Shown here piece by piece: positions 41,673 to 48,784 of a stretch of 64,000 nt of DNA (the stretch's first letter is position 1; each line of letters starts with the position of its first letter). The stretch covers positions 7,934-71,933 of IMG/VR virus record IMGVR_UViG_3300025771_000023, one strand, 5' to 3'. This stretch comes from a virus. A program made the position numbers and the translations under genes. The notes beneath the pieces are model-generated. The model was not told the origin of the DNA, searched no databases, and was given only the letters and a program-made list of their open reading frames with translations.

Positions 41673-41680
41673 TATTTATA
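41673..41680 (-). promoter_or_regulatory. late promoter TATAAATA (baseplate operon)
   Basis: Exact motif 20 bp upstream of gp25. Confidence 0.85.
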
Positions 41681-41681
41681 G

Positions 41682-41903
41682 CTATTCGTGCCATCTTTCA
41701 ACAAAATCATCAAACCCATTTGCACCACCACAAGGTCTTGAAAGACGATTTTCTGGTATTTGATACTCTTTCTTTAAATCATCGTGCATAACTTCCTGCA
41801 AGACCTGTTTTGGTGACAACGAATCATAATCTGTAACCAATTTTGTGGTTCCCCACATCTCTCTCATGTAGTTTTTGTTTCTATCGACTGGTAAATTCGA
41901 CAT
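41682..41903 (-). CDS. hypothetical protein
   Basis: 73-aa ORF with AGGAG RBS. Confidence 0.75.
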   Translation of the reverse strand: MSNLPVDRNKNYMREMWGTTKLVTDYDSLSPKQVLQEVMHDDLKKEYQIPENRLSRPCGGANGFDDFVERWHE

Positions 41904-41963
41904 TTTAGCTCCTGATTTGTGAAAATCAGAACTTTTAAAGGGGTTGCTATCCCTAAAAATTAT

Positions 41964-42560
41964 TTATTTTATCCAAAAACCTTTGCGATAATAATCAGAA
42001 TCACTTATATATTGGTAATTTTTCATATCATTTGAAATTTCATTGTTCCATACCGGAATTGCCTCATCATTTCCAAATCTAAAGTCGGGATTTTGCCTAA
42101 AATGAACCTCTATAAGACAGTTTCCTATGAATTCGCAGTTAATCCATTCATAATTACCATGCAAATTCTTTAAAATGTTTGGAAATTCTATATCTCTTTC
42201 TATTTTTTGCCATTTTTTCCACTTATAAAGAGGGTCTTCTTCATTACGAGTCCCTATTACTGCCAATTTTTGCTTCTGGTATTGATAATCAATACTTATA
42301 TGTTCTCCATTAAATAATTCACACCAAAATTCACCTGGATGATAGTTATCAGTATTGTCATGAATATATTCAATACGAGCAAATCGCCCCATACCCAGAA
42401 GATTCATACAAGGACGGATAATATAAAAGTCGGATTTGGGGACTTGTGTTCCAACAGGACCACACTTATATCCCAAAATCCGACTTAAAATTAATTTATT
42501 ATAAACCCAAAGGTCATGAGGATGAATTTGATTCCATTCTTCATTTCCTTCTAGGTACAT
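41964..42560 (-). CDS. conserved hypothetical protein, ATP-grasp-like
   Basis: YIIRP..N..GMG, WCE.F.GEHISIDY and NCEFIG..LIEVHFR resemble ATP-grasp motif order. Confidence 0.55.
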   Translation of the reverse strand: MYLEGNEEWNQIHPHDLWVYNKLILSRILGYKCGPVGTQVPKSDFYIIRPCMNLLGMGRFARIEYIHDNTDNYHPGEFWCELFNGEHISIDYQYQKQKLAVIGTRNEEDPLYKWKKWQKIERDIEFPNILKNLHGNYEWINCEFIGNCLIEVHFRQNPDFRFGNDEAIPVWNNEISNDMKNYQYISDSDYYRKGFWIK

Positions 42561-42565
42561 TTTAT

Positions 42566-42712
42566 TTAACCTTTACCTTGTCCCCGATACTTTTTCTTAG
42601 CCGAGTTACGAGAACTTGCGGACAATTTTGTGTGCTTCCCTTTTCCTTGACGAGACTTTTTAGGTTTGGCTTCGACATAATTACCCTTTCTCATAAAACC
42701 AGTTTTTGCCAT
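42566..42712 (-). CDS. small very basic protein, not in ORF track
   Basis: MAKTGFMRKGNYVEAKPKKSRQGKGKHTKLSASSRNSAKKKYRGQGKG; AGGAG RBS. Confidence 0.8.
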   Translation of the reverse strand: MAKTGFMRKGNYVEAKPKKSRQGKGKHTKLSASSRNSAKKKYRGQGKG

Positions 42713-42719
42713 AATTTTT

Positions 42720-42878
42720 TTACTCCTTGTAAATTTCAGTTTCAAGTTCCGAAGGATCCGGAGAACCAGTCTGATAGTATTCTACCGCAAGGTCCTCCAT
42801 TACCTCAAAATATTCAAGTTGACCTAGGTTTTTATATATTCTGTCTCCTTTGTACAGAATATCATAACGCTCACTCAT
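42720..42878 (-). CDS. small acidic protein, not in ORF track
   Basis: MSERYDILYKGDRIYKNLGQLEYFEVMEDLAVEYYQTGSPDPSELETEIYKE; TAATG coupling. Confidence 0.75.
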   Translation of the reverse strand: MSERYDILYKGDRIYKNLGQLEYFEVMEDLAVEYYQTGSPDPSELETEIYKE

Positions 42879-43636
42879 TAGATTACGCGAGTCTTTTCGT
42901 GCCCCACACGAACACGAGGATCACACCAAATCTCAAATCCTGCTTCAATGGCATCCAAACAGAAGGATACATCCTCTCCACACATATCTTGAACCTCTCC
43001 AGACTCAAATACCTGCATCTTCGGAGCAAACCATGGATACTTCATACCCTCATTCTCAAAGACTCCGTGCTTGATGAGTAACCACCCAAATCCTGTATAA
43101 TCAACAGTAAAAGGTTTGCGCCTCTTGGAGATGCTCTCGATGGTTTCGTGATTCATCACACCTCCATTGTTACGGAAGTCATCCTCCTCCAACCAATGAG
43201 CAACTGATGTTGTGCGACCATCTTCGGTACAATACCAACCAGCGGCAATGTCCTTATCCATTAATACTAACTGATAAAACTTCTCAGTATTAAAAACAAT
43301 ATCACTATCAATCCATAACTGATAATCATATTTTAACTTACCGTCCCAGGGAATTTGATTCGGTCCGCGCAGTACATTAGCTCCAAGACACTTGCACCTT
43401 GCAAAGTTGACCATGGAGGAGTAGTCCTGCGAGATCTGAATGCTTGCCCCGCACTGTACAAGATCAAAACAAAGTTGTACAAAACTCTTCAAATACGTAT
43501 AAGATACTCCGCGCCCTGGAAGACAAAAAACAATACTCTTTCCTCGAAGCATCTCTTTTGCCTTGTCATAGTCCCATTCTTGCTCTTGTTTCGCCACTGT
43601 AGGAGCGGCTGCTTTTACTGTAAATCCTTTAGCCAT
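42878..43636 (-). CDS. GT-A (family 2-like) glycosyltransferase
   Basis: YDYQLWIDSD (DxD), TGFGWLLIK, GEDVSFC, GHEK motifs. Confidence 0.8.
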   Translation of the reverse strand: MAKGFTVKAAAPTVAKQEQEWDYDKAKEMLRGKSIVFCLPGRGVSYTYLKSFVQLCFDLVQCGASIQISQDYSSMVNFARCKCLGANVLRGPNQIPWDGKLKYDYQLWIDSDIVFNTEKFYQLVLMDKDIAAGWYCTEDGRTTSVAHWLEEDDFRNNGGVMNHETIESISKRRKPFTVDYTGFGWLLIKHGVFENEGMKYPWFAPKMQVFESGEVQDMCGEDVSFCLDAIEAGFEIWCDPRVRVGHEKTRVI

Positions 43637-43658
43637 AATAGAATTGAATTACTTTCGA

Positions 43659-43687
43659 ATCATACTGCATTATGTATACTCTGTCAA
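43659..43687 (-). promoter_or_regulatory. sigma70-type promoter TTGACA-N17-TATGAT
   Basis: -35 at 43682-43687, -10 at 43659-43664, upstream of the glycosyltransferase. Confidence 0.85.
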
Positions 43688-43866
43688 GAATCTGTAATAT
43701 CAGTAATGATAATACAGTCATTCTCAACTTCAATATTAACTTCGGTTCCTTCATACCACCCCTTTTCATCACATATCCATTCGGGAATCTTTAAAAAATA
43801 CTCCCCACTTACTGGATCAATCTCTATAGTCGTAAAATTTTCTGCGCGATTTTTTTGCATCTCCAT
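43684..43866 (-). CDS. AbrB/MazE/SpoVT-like DNA-binding protein
   Basis: YFLKIPEWI...GW.EGTEVNIEVENDCIII swapped-hairpin pattern. Confidence 0.7.
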   Translation of the reverse strand: MEMQKNRAENFTTIEIDPVSGEYFLKIPEWICDEKGWYEGTEVNIEVENDCIIITDITDS

Positions 43867-43899
43867 TAAACCTAGTTGTTGTTTTTATATAGCAAAAAA

Positions 43900-44026
43900 A
43901 TTTTTTATGTGCCTTTGAAATCTTAGAGGATTTTGTGTTGTGGAATTTTGTGTTTCTTTGAGATCTTGGAGAATTTTGTGTTCCTTTGAGATCTTAGAGA
44001 ATTTTGTGTTCCTTTGAGATCTTAGA
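43900..44026. repeat. 28-bp tandem repeat (3 good copies plus degenerate copies)
   Basis: GAATTTTGTGTTCCTTTGAGATCTTAGA at 43971 and 43999; 2-mismatch copy at 43943; degenerate copy at 43900; partial at 43928. Confidence 0.95.
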
Positions 44027-44065
44027 CGACATCGTAACACTTTGTAGACTCTGGGGACCCATGGA

Positions 44066-44095
44066 TTTTAATATACGGGGGGGCGAACCCCCCCG
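44066..44095 (-). terminator. GC hairpin with UUCG loop ending the early region
   Basis: CGGGGGGG-TTCG-CCCCCCCG followed by TATATTAAAA on minus strand; weak U tract. Confidence 0.6.
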
Positions 44096-44126
44096 GACTG
44101 CTGTAACGAACGAATGAGACTGCTGA

Positions 44127-44573
44127 TCAGGCAGCAAAGGTCTCAGGATATTGGCGGGCGATCCGCAGCACCTGCTGATCGATCTCCCACTCAGTGTCGC
44201 CGGGGCAGGAACGATCCAGGACGCGGAAGCGGGAAAACTTCTGCCCAATGGAATCGGCAGAATGCCCGGACTCGGGGAATGCTGCCATGAAAGCAGAGAC
44301 GACGGCATCGCGGTCGCCTTCGGTTGCAAGGTAGCGGTCGGCGATGAAAGCAGTCTGCTCTTCAGAGTAGGGCACTCGCTTAGAGGGCACCGCCATGGCA
44401 GCGGCAAGAGCGGCGTCCATGAGTTGCCGCCCCTTCTTAAAGAGCAGGCGCTCGGGGCGGTCCAGATTGGTCAGACCATACCCGGCAACATAGGCGGCGT
44501 TCTGCTGATAGAACTCCAGAGCGTTGCGGTCGGAAGCGGTCAGGGTTGAGGTCATGAGTCGGTTTGGGTTCAT
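44127..44573 (-). CDS. early hypothetical protein, Myb/HTH-like C-terminal part
   Basis: GC-rich ORF behind a TG-TAGAAT element; YSEEQTAFI...FPESGHSADSIGQKF. Confidence 0.65.
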   Translation of the reverse strand: MNPNRLMTSTLTASDRNALEFYQQNAAYVAGYGLTNLDRPERLLFKKGRQLMDAALAAAMAVPSKRVPYSEEQTAFIADRYLATEGDRDAVVSAFMAAFPESGHSADSIGQKFSRFRVLDRSCPGDTEWEIDQQVLRIARQYPETFAA

Positions 44574-44597
44574 TTGACTTGAGAGAATTCTACAGGG

Positions 44598-44822
44598 TCA
44601 CCATACATATCGGGGACCGATAGCGTGACAGTTCACCCATTGTCCCTTTGAGGTGTCGCCGCTGAACCAAAGCATCTTCAGAATGGCGCGGCGTGAGACG
44701 TGGGTGTGACGGTGCTCAGTCAGAGGGGTGTTAAACCAGCGGACCCGTGCCGTTCCCGTGATAGGGTTCAAGCGGAGGGTCCAAACGCTCTGAGAGTCGC
44801 TGCAGTCGATTGGATAGCGCAT
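44598..44822 (-). CDS. early hypothetical protein
   Basis: 74-aa ORF behind TAGGAT -10. Confidence 0.6.
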   Translation of the reverse strand: MRYPIDCSDSQSVWTLRLNPITGTARVRWFNTPLTEHRHTHVSRRAILKMLWFSGDTSKGQWVNCHAIGPRYVW

Positions 44823-44900
44823 CGGGTTTCCGTTTGGTCCCCCTATCCTATCAAATCAGGTGCCCCCTGCAACCCCTCTCAGGCAAGTCTCATGAGTCTC

Positions 44901-45002
44901 TCAGAACTCAATCGGTGTCGTGGTGATAGCATCCAACACGGAGAGCAGTCGCTCACCATTCTCTGCTTGAGACAGGAGTGCAATCATGAGACCAACGGAC
45001 AT
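44901..45002 (-). CDS. early 33-aa peptide, not in ORF track
   Basis: MSVGLMIALLSQAENGERLLSVLDAITTTPIEF fills the gap in operon orientation. Confidence 0.5.
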   Translation of the reverse strand: MSVGLMIALLSQAENGERLLSVLDAITTTPIEF

Positions 45003-45076
45003 GAGAAAAATGTTAATGAAGGACAGTGAGTTAATGTTAGTTGGGGGGAGAATGTGTCTCCCCCTGACTGATACTA

Positions 45077-45301
45077 TCAGGCAGCAACCTTGATAGTTTC
45101 CAGATCCTTATTGCGGATGCTGGTGTTCACAAAACGACCGACAGATTCCTCTGCCTTGATAACGTTATTCAGTTCATTCACGAAACCGCTAACATCAGCG
45201 GACTTGTAGTCGTATTGGCGACCACCGTTGAATTCGATGGTGACGGTATCACCTTCGGTAGCGATGGAGTTGATAGCGGAAGAAGTGAAGTTGGAGATCA
45301 T
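45077..45301 (-). CDS. KTSC-domain-like protein
   Basis: SSAINSI...VTIEFNGGRQYDY...SVGRFVN..IR matches the KTSC pattern. Confidence 0.7.
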   Translation of the reverse strand: MISNFTSSAINSIATEGDTVTIEFNGGRQYDYKSADVSGFVNELNNVIKAEESVGRFVNTSIRNKDLETIKVAA

Positions 45302-45402
45302 GTTGATAATAAAGCGATGGAATGTGATGTGTTTTGAGCGGGATGCATCACCCCCGCTGAGGTTATTAGAGAGGGGAAGTTTCCCACCCCTCAGTGATAA
45401 CG

Positions 45403-45762
45403 TCAGGCAAGCAGAAGGTCGTTGGAAAGTGTGCCCAGTTTCATAGAGTTACGAAACTCAGTGACAAAGAACTCAGTGCCATTGTAGAGACGAATGAACC
45501 AATCGAAGTTCTTCTGAAAGACATGTTCTCCTGCGATTGCGTGCTCTGAGAGAATCGCATTCAGACGCGATTTGGTGGTGGTTGATTGATGCCCACCGTC
45601 CCAAAGGCGGACGCCAAAGTCACCGACTTCTGCAATCTTACCACCGTGGAGATACACTGTGGAAATGTTAGTTTCAGGGTCGAAAGTAACAGCAGTGTTG
45701 CCAGATTGCCAGTTGATGCTGTTAGAAATGGCGGCGTTCATTTCCTGTTCGATCTTACGCAT
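45403..45762 (-). CDS. conserved phage early protein
   Basis: VYLHG..IA, DGGHQSTTTKSRLNA, VFQKNFDWF; has its own promoter cassette. Confidence 0.8.
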   Translation of the reverse strand: MRKIEQEMNAAISNSINWQSGNTAVTFDPETNISTVYLHGGKIAEVGDFGVRLWDGGHQSTTTKSRLNAILSEHAIAGEHVFQKNFDWFIRLYNGTEFFVTEFRNSMKLGTLSNDLLLA

Positions 45763-45788
45763 TTGGTGTCGTTTGTGTGACTGAAGTC

Positions 45789-45846
45789 ACTATAGAACGG
45801 ATGGGAGGGGTTTGGGGGAAATGGTGGACAGTCCCCCGACTGTCAT
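45789..45846 (-). promoter_or_regulatory. early promoter cassette (palindrome plus -10 TATAGT)
   Basis: GTGGACAGT..ACTGTCA about 30 bp from the -10 hexamer. Confidence 0.75.
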
Positions 45847-46130
45847 CAACCGATCTGTTCGTGACCTCCATTGACTGCGGATTGTTCCCACACATGGTAG
45901 AACATATCCCATGCCCACTTATCAGCAACAAAGGTAGAAATGTCTGCCTGTTCGCATACCCAATCGTATGCCATATCGCAGTCGGCGTCCATCTCTCCCA
46001 CGAAATCATAGAGACCTTCGATTGCACTCCGGAATGCAGGATTCTCAACAGCAGACACAAACCACTTGCCAGTTTCATCATCTTTGATGATGTGATTGCC
46101 CTGCAGAGAGTGAGTGGCAGTGAAAGACAT
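45846..46130 (-). CDS. early acidic hypothetical protein
   Basis: 94 aa; paralogous to 47598-47792. Confidence 0.75.
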   Translation of the reverse strand: MSFTATHSLQGNHIIKDDETGKWFVSAVENPAFRSAIEGLYDFVGEMDADCDMAYDWVCEQADISTFVADKWAWDMFYHVWEQSAVNGGHEQIG

Positions 46131-46157
46131 TTGGGTTGAACTCCCGACGACTTATGT

Positions 46158-46213
46158 AATATACACCAGATCGGTGCCTTGTGGGGGTTTGGTGGACAGT
46201 TGCCCAACTGGTC
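46158..46213 (-). promoter_or_regulatory. early promoter cassette (-10 TATATT)
   Basis: GTGGACAGTT-GCCC-AACTGGTC at 46192, 29 bp from -10. Confidence 0.75.
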
Positions 46214-46259
46214 GGGCAGCCGCCCAGTTTGTGTTAGAAACTGGGCGACACAGTTAGTA

Positions 46260-46508
46260 TTACTCAGGCATCAAATCATTCAGGATTTCCTCATCATAAA
46301 GGTCCACAATCTCTGCCTTAAGTTGTTGCTCACTGATGTCATCAAAGTTGCTAACCAACAGATCAAATGCCAGTTGACACAAATCGTCCAGGTCCATGCC
46401 GTCAACAATCATGTTGGCATAGTTCTCTTTCAGTTGCTGAAGTTTCTCTGAGTTCATGGTGGTGTCAGTCATGGTGTTTGTGTGATCGAAGGTGGAAAGG
46501 AATGCCAT
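46260..46508 (-). CDS. early acidic hypothetical protein (start may be internal)
   Basis: KENYA..VD.M...IVDLYDEE; paralogous to 51088-51315. Confidence 0.75.
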   Translation of the reverse strand: MAFLSTFDHTNTMTDTTMNSEKLQQLKENYANMIVDGMDLDDLCQLAFDLLVSNFDDISEQQLKAEIVDLYDEEILNDLMPE

Positions 46509-46645
46509 CAGTAATCGATGTTGGAGTTGATGTAATCTTCTACGTTGAACTTGTTATCATCTTTCTCCCATTCTTCCTTGTAGTCGATGACATCGAAGAT
46601 CTCACCGGAAGCATCTTGAATCTCAGACCAGAGTTCATCAAACAT
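46508..46645 (-). CDS. 45-aa highly acidic peptide, not in ORF track
   Basis: MFDELWSEIQDASGEIFDVIDYKEEWEKDDNKFNVEDYINSNIDY. Confidence 0.7.
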   Translation of the reverse strand: MFDELWSEIQDASGEIFDVIDYKEEWEKDDNKFNVEDYINSNIDY

Positions 46646-46650
46646 GTGAA

Positions 46651-46821
46651 TCAAATGCAGATAGAGTAGCAAGCGACAGAAGAGGGAATGCCAGATAAAC
46701 TCAGTTTGTAGTTCATCTCTTCAGCGTAATCATACGCATCCTCGGCATCATAAAAGGGTCCAATGTATTGAGGTTCGCTTAACTCATCAGAGTCAAACTT
46801 GACCATAACATTGAGAAACAT
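46651..46821 (-). CDS. early hypothetical protein
   Basis: YIGPF...EDA..YA. Start moved to ATG downstream of the -10 at 46847-46852. Confidence 0.7.
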   Translation of the reverse strand: MFLNVMVKFDSDELSEPQYIGPFYDAEDAYDYAEEMNYKLSLSGIPSSVACYSICI

Positions 46822-46846
46822 GGGGTTGATCCCTGAGGACTTGATC

Positions 46847-46904
46847 AATATACACCGGATCGGGTCCCGGTGCCGGATTAGTGGACAGTTGGTGGATCGT
46901 CCAC
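46847..46904 (-). promoter_or_regulatory. early promoter cassette (-10 TATATT)
   Basis: GTGGACAGTT...GTCCAC at 46881, 29 bp from -10. Confidence 0.75.
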
Positions 46905-46909
46905 TCGCG

Positions 46910-46962
46910 GCCGCCGATTCTCAATAGTGGATGTATATTGAGAACCGGAACGGTTAGTGTTA
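46910..46962. repeat. dispersed 53-bp stem-loop repeat, copy 1
   Basis: Identical to 47545-47597; similar copy at about 48239-48285. Confidence 0.95.
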
Positions 46963-46974
46963 GAAACTAACACA

Positions 46975-47157
46975 TCAATAACCTAACCAAACTAGAAACT
47001 CACCAGCATCCACTCCCATGCTCCAATCCTGTTGGATTCCATACTCTTTCACAAAGTCATCCAAAACATAATGATTGCGGGAAACTGCCTCAGCGACAGC
47101 ATACGAAATGCAACCATTCTGATCAGCAGTGTCAAGCAAAATTTCAGAGAAAGTCAT
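46975..47157 (-). CDS. early hypothetical protein
   Basis: 60 aa ending VDAGEFLVWLGY. Confidence 0.75.
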   Translation of the reverse strand: MTFSEILLDTADQNGCISYAVAEAVSRNHYVLDDFVKEYGIQQDWSMGVDAGEFLVWLGY

Positions 47158-47199
47158 TTTTTAAAGTGTGAATGTGCAGAGGTTAGTGTTACTAAATTA

Positions 47200-47457
47200 T
47201 CACAACTCCCACAGCATTTCATTCATCTCATCAGCATCAATTGCAGGGTCATTCCATGCAACGTCGTCGCCAGTTTTTTCAAGATAGCGACCTACTTGCC
47301 CGTGCATCATACAGCGGACAAACTTATCCCAAGGCGTCTCTAATCCTTCGCGGAAAGTCACACATGCTTTCGCAGTGTTGTAGAGAAATCGATCATTTTG
47401 AATCCAAAGGGCAGCATTCCAGGTTTCCCAGTTTGCCCATCCGTTGTAACCTTCCAT
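47200..47457 (-). CDS. conserved phage protein of the YNGWxNxETW type
   Basis: YNGWANWETWNAALWIQND...KTGDDVAWND. Confidence 0.8.
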   Translation of the reverse strand: MEGYNGWANWETWNAALWIQNDRFLYNTAKACVTFREGLETPWDKFVRCMMHGQVGRYLEKTGDDVAWNDPAIDADEMNEMLWEL

Positions 47458-47481
47458 TGTCGAATTCCTGAGGACTTAGAT

Positions 47482-47539
47482 ACAATAAACGATTTTGGAC
47501 CCTGTGCCCATTTTGTGTGCCACTTAGGTGATCGTCCAC
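47482..47539 (-). promoter_or_regulatory. early promoter cassette (-10 TATTGT)
   Basis: TGTGCCACTT...GTCCAC at 47516. Confidence 0.65.
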
Positions 47540-47544
47540 CGGCA

Positions 47545-47597
47545 GCCGCCGATTCTCAATAGTGGATGTATATTGAGAACCGGAACGGTTAGTGTTA
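47545..47597. repeat. dispersed 53-bp stem-loop repeat, copy 2
   Basis: Exact duplicate of 46910-46962. Confidence 0.95.
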
Positions 47598-47792
47598 CTA
47601 ACAGAGACTACTCAGGTTAACATGAACCTCCTCAACTTTGTCCCATGCATCATCAGGAAGGTCACCACATTGTGCTTCCATAAAGTCACAAACCATCTCC
47701 CAATCTGCATCAAACATTTCAACAAACAATGGCAAAGATTCCAGAGCAGAGTTGAACAAATCTTCTTGAGTTTGAGTCATTTTGATCATCAT
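47598..47792 (-). CDS. early acidic hypothetical protein
   Basis: FNSALESL..FV...DAD.EM..DF...Q; paralog of 45846-46130. Confidence 0.7.
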   Translation of the reverse strand: MMIKMTQTQEDLFNSALESLPLFVEMFDADWEMVCDFMEAQCGDLPDDAWDKVEEVHVNLSSLC

Positions 47793-47796
47793 GGTT

Positions 47797-48096
47797 TCAG
47801 TTAGTGATGAGATCGAGGTTCAGATTGTTAACACAATTCACACCAGCGTAATACGCATCCAGGAAGTTATCGAAAACCTCAATAGTTTCAGTCACTGAAT
47901 GGCGAGGATTGACCTCTGTACGAATAGCAACTGCGAACACATCCACAGTACCATCATCAGTGTACTTTGCAGAGTGAGTGAGAATCACATTGTCGTTTTC
48001 CTTGAAACGATAAACCGAACGGGTCGGAAGGTGATGAGCAGTCAATTCACTGCCAAAGTAAACTTCTGCTTTCCAACCTTGAGAGAAGAGAGACAT
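47797..48096 (-). CDS. early hypothetical protein
   Basis: Start shortened to MSLFSQGW because the longer ORF runs through the promoter cassette. Confidence 0.7.
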   Translation of the reverse strand: MSLFSQGWKAEVYFGSELTAHHLPTRSVYRFKENDNVILTHSAKYTDDGTVDVFAVAIRTEVNPRHSVTETIEVFDNFLDAYYAGVNCVNNLNLDLITN

Positions 48097-48123
48097 TTGA
48101 GAGGCGTTTTTTTCCATGCACCT

Positions 48124-48180
48124 AATATGGCACAGAATCGGGGGGTTTGGGGCGAATAGTGGACACTTGCCCAACTGGTC
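48124..48180 (-). promoter_or_regulatory. early promoter cassette (-10 CATATT)
   Basis: GTGGACACTT-GCCC-AACTGGTC at 48159. Confidence 0.7.
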
Positions 48181-48238
48181 GGGCGGCTGCCTAGTTTCTA
48201 ACACTAACCGTGCGTTTAGTTAGTGATACTTTGCGGCG

Positions 48239-48285
48239 GCCGCCGATTCTCAATAAGAGATGTATATTGAGAATCGGTACGGTTA
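48239..48285. repeat. dispersed stem-loop repeat, copy 3
   Basis: Perfect 13-bp inverted repeat CCGATTCTCAATA-N9-TATTGAGAATCGG. Confidence 0.9.
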
Positions 48286-48295
48286 CTATAAAGAA

Positions 48296-48616
48296 TCAGA
48301 GCGCACCATTCTCATTAACTTTGCCCCACACCAGTTGGTTACCATAAACACCCGCATAGTATGCACCAAAACTCACACCCATGCGCTCATCATTGTTGTC
48401 ACAATTGCGGGTAAGATTCAGACCAAAGTAGAACTTGTCGCCAATCTGATGAGGTGTGGAAAACTTAACACGGCGCAGTTGTTGATATGCTGCTCCGATA
48501 ATCACCGCGCAGATTGCACCAATGGTCATCAAATTAATCCAGAGTTGTTGATAATCAAACTCCATCACATCATCGACGAAGTTGATAGTTTGTGCGGAGA
48601 AAGTGCTGAAGTTCAT
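48296..48616 (-). CDS. early single-pass membrane protein
   Basis: Hydrophobic LWINLMTIGAICAVIIGAAY segment. Confidence 0.7.
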   Translation of the reverse strand: MNFSTFSAQTINFVDDVMEFDYQQLWINLMTIGAICAVIIGAAYQQLRRVKFSTPHQIGDKFYFGLNLTRNCDNNDERMGVSFGAYYAGVYGNQLVWGKVNENGAL

Positions 48617-48715
48617 TGTTAGAAATTGTGAACGATTTGTGGGAGAAAAATGTGCCTTTCCTCAACCACGAACTAACAATAACCCATCACCGGGGAAAAT
48701 GGGGAAAATAGTGTG

Positions 48716-48779
48716 CAGTTCCCAGATTGGCACAATCTCATGAGTCTCTCTTCAAGATCATGTGCCAATCTGGGAACTG
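48716..48779. repeat. perfect 19-bp inverted repeat overlapping an early promoter cassette
   Basis: CAGTTCCCAGATTGGCACA-N26-TGTGCCAATCTGGGAACTG. Confidence 0.9.
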
Positions 48780-48784
48780 GAAGT

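Noticed and set aside
42446-43918. Plus-strand ORFs of 211 and 187 aa
   Set aside because: They overlap well-supported minus-strand genes and have atypical composition.
43900-44026. 28-bp repeats as a CRISPR array
   Set aside because: The copies are directly adjacent with no unique spacers, and there are no cas genes.
43994-44549. Alternative ORFs 43994-44407 (-) and 44151-44549 (+)
   Set aside because: They are by-products of high GC; one runs through the terminator hairpin and repeats. 44127-44573 has the promoter.
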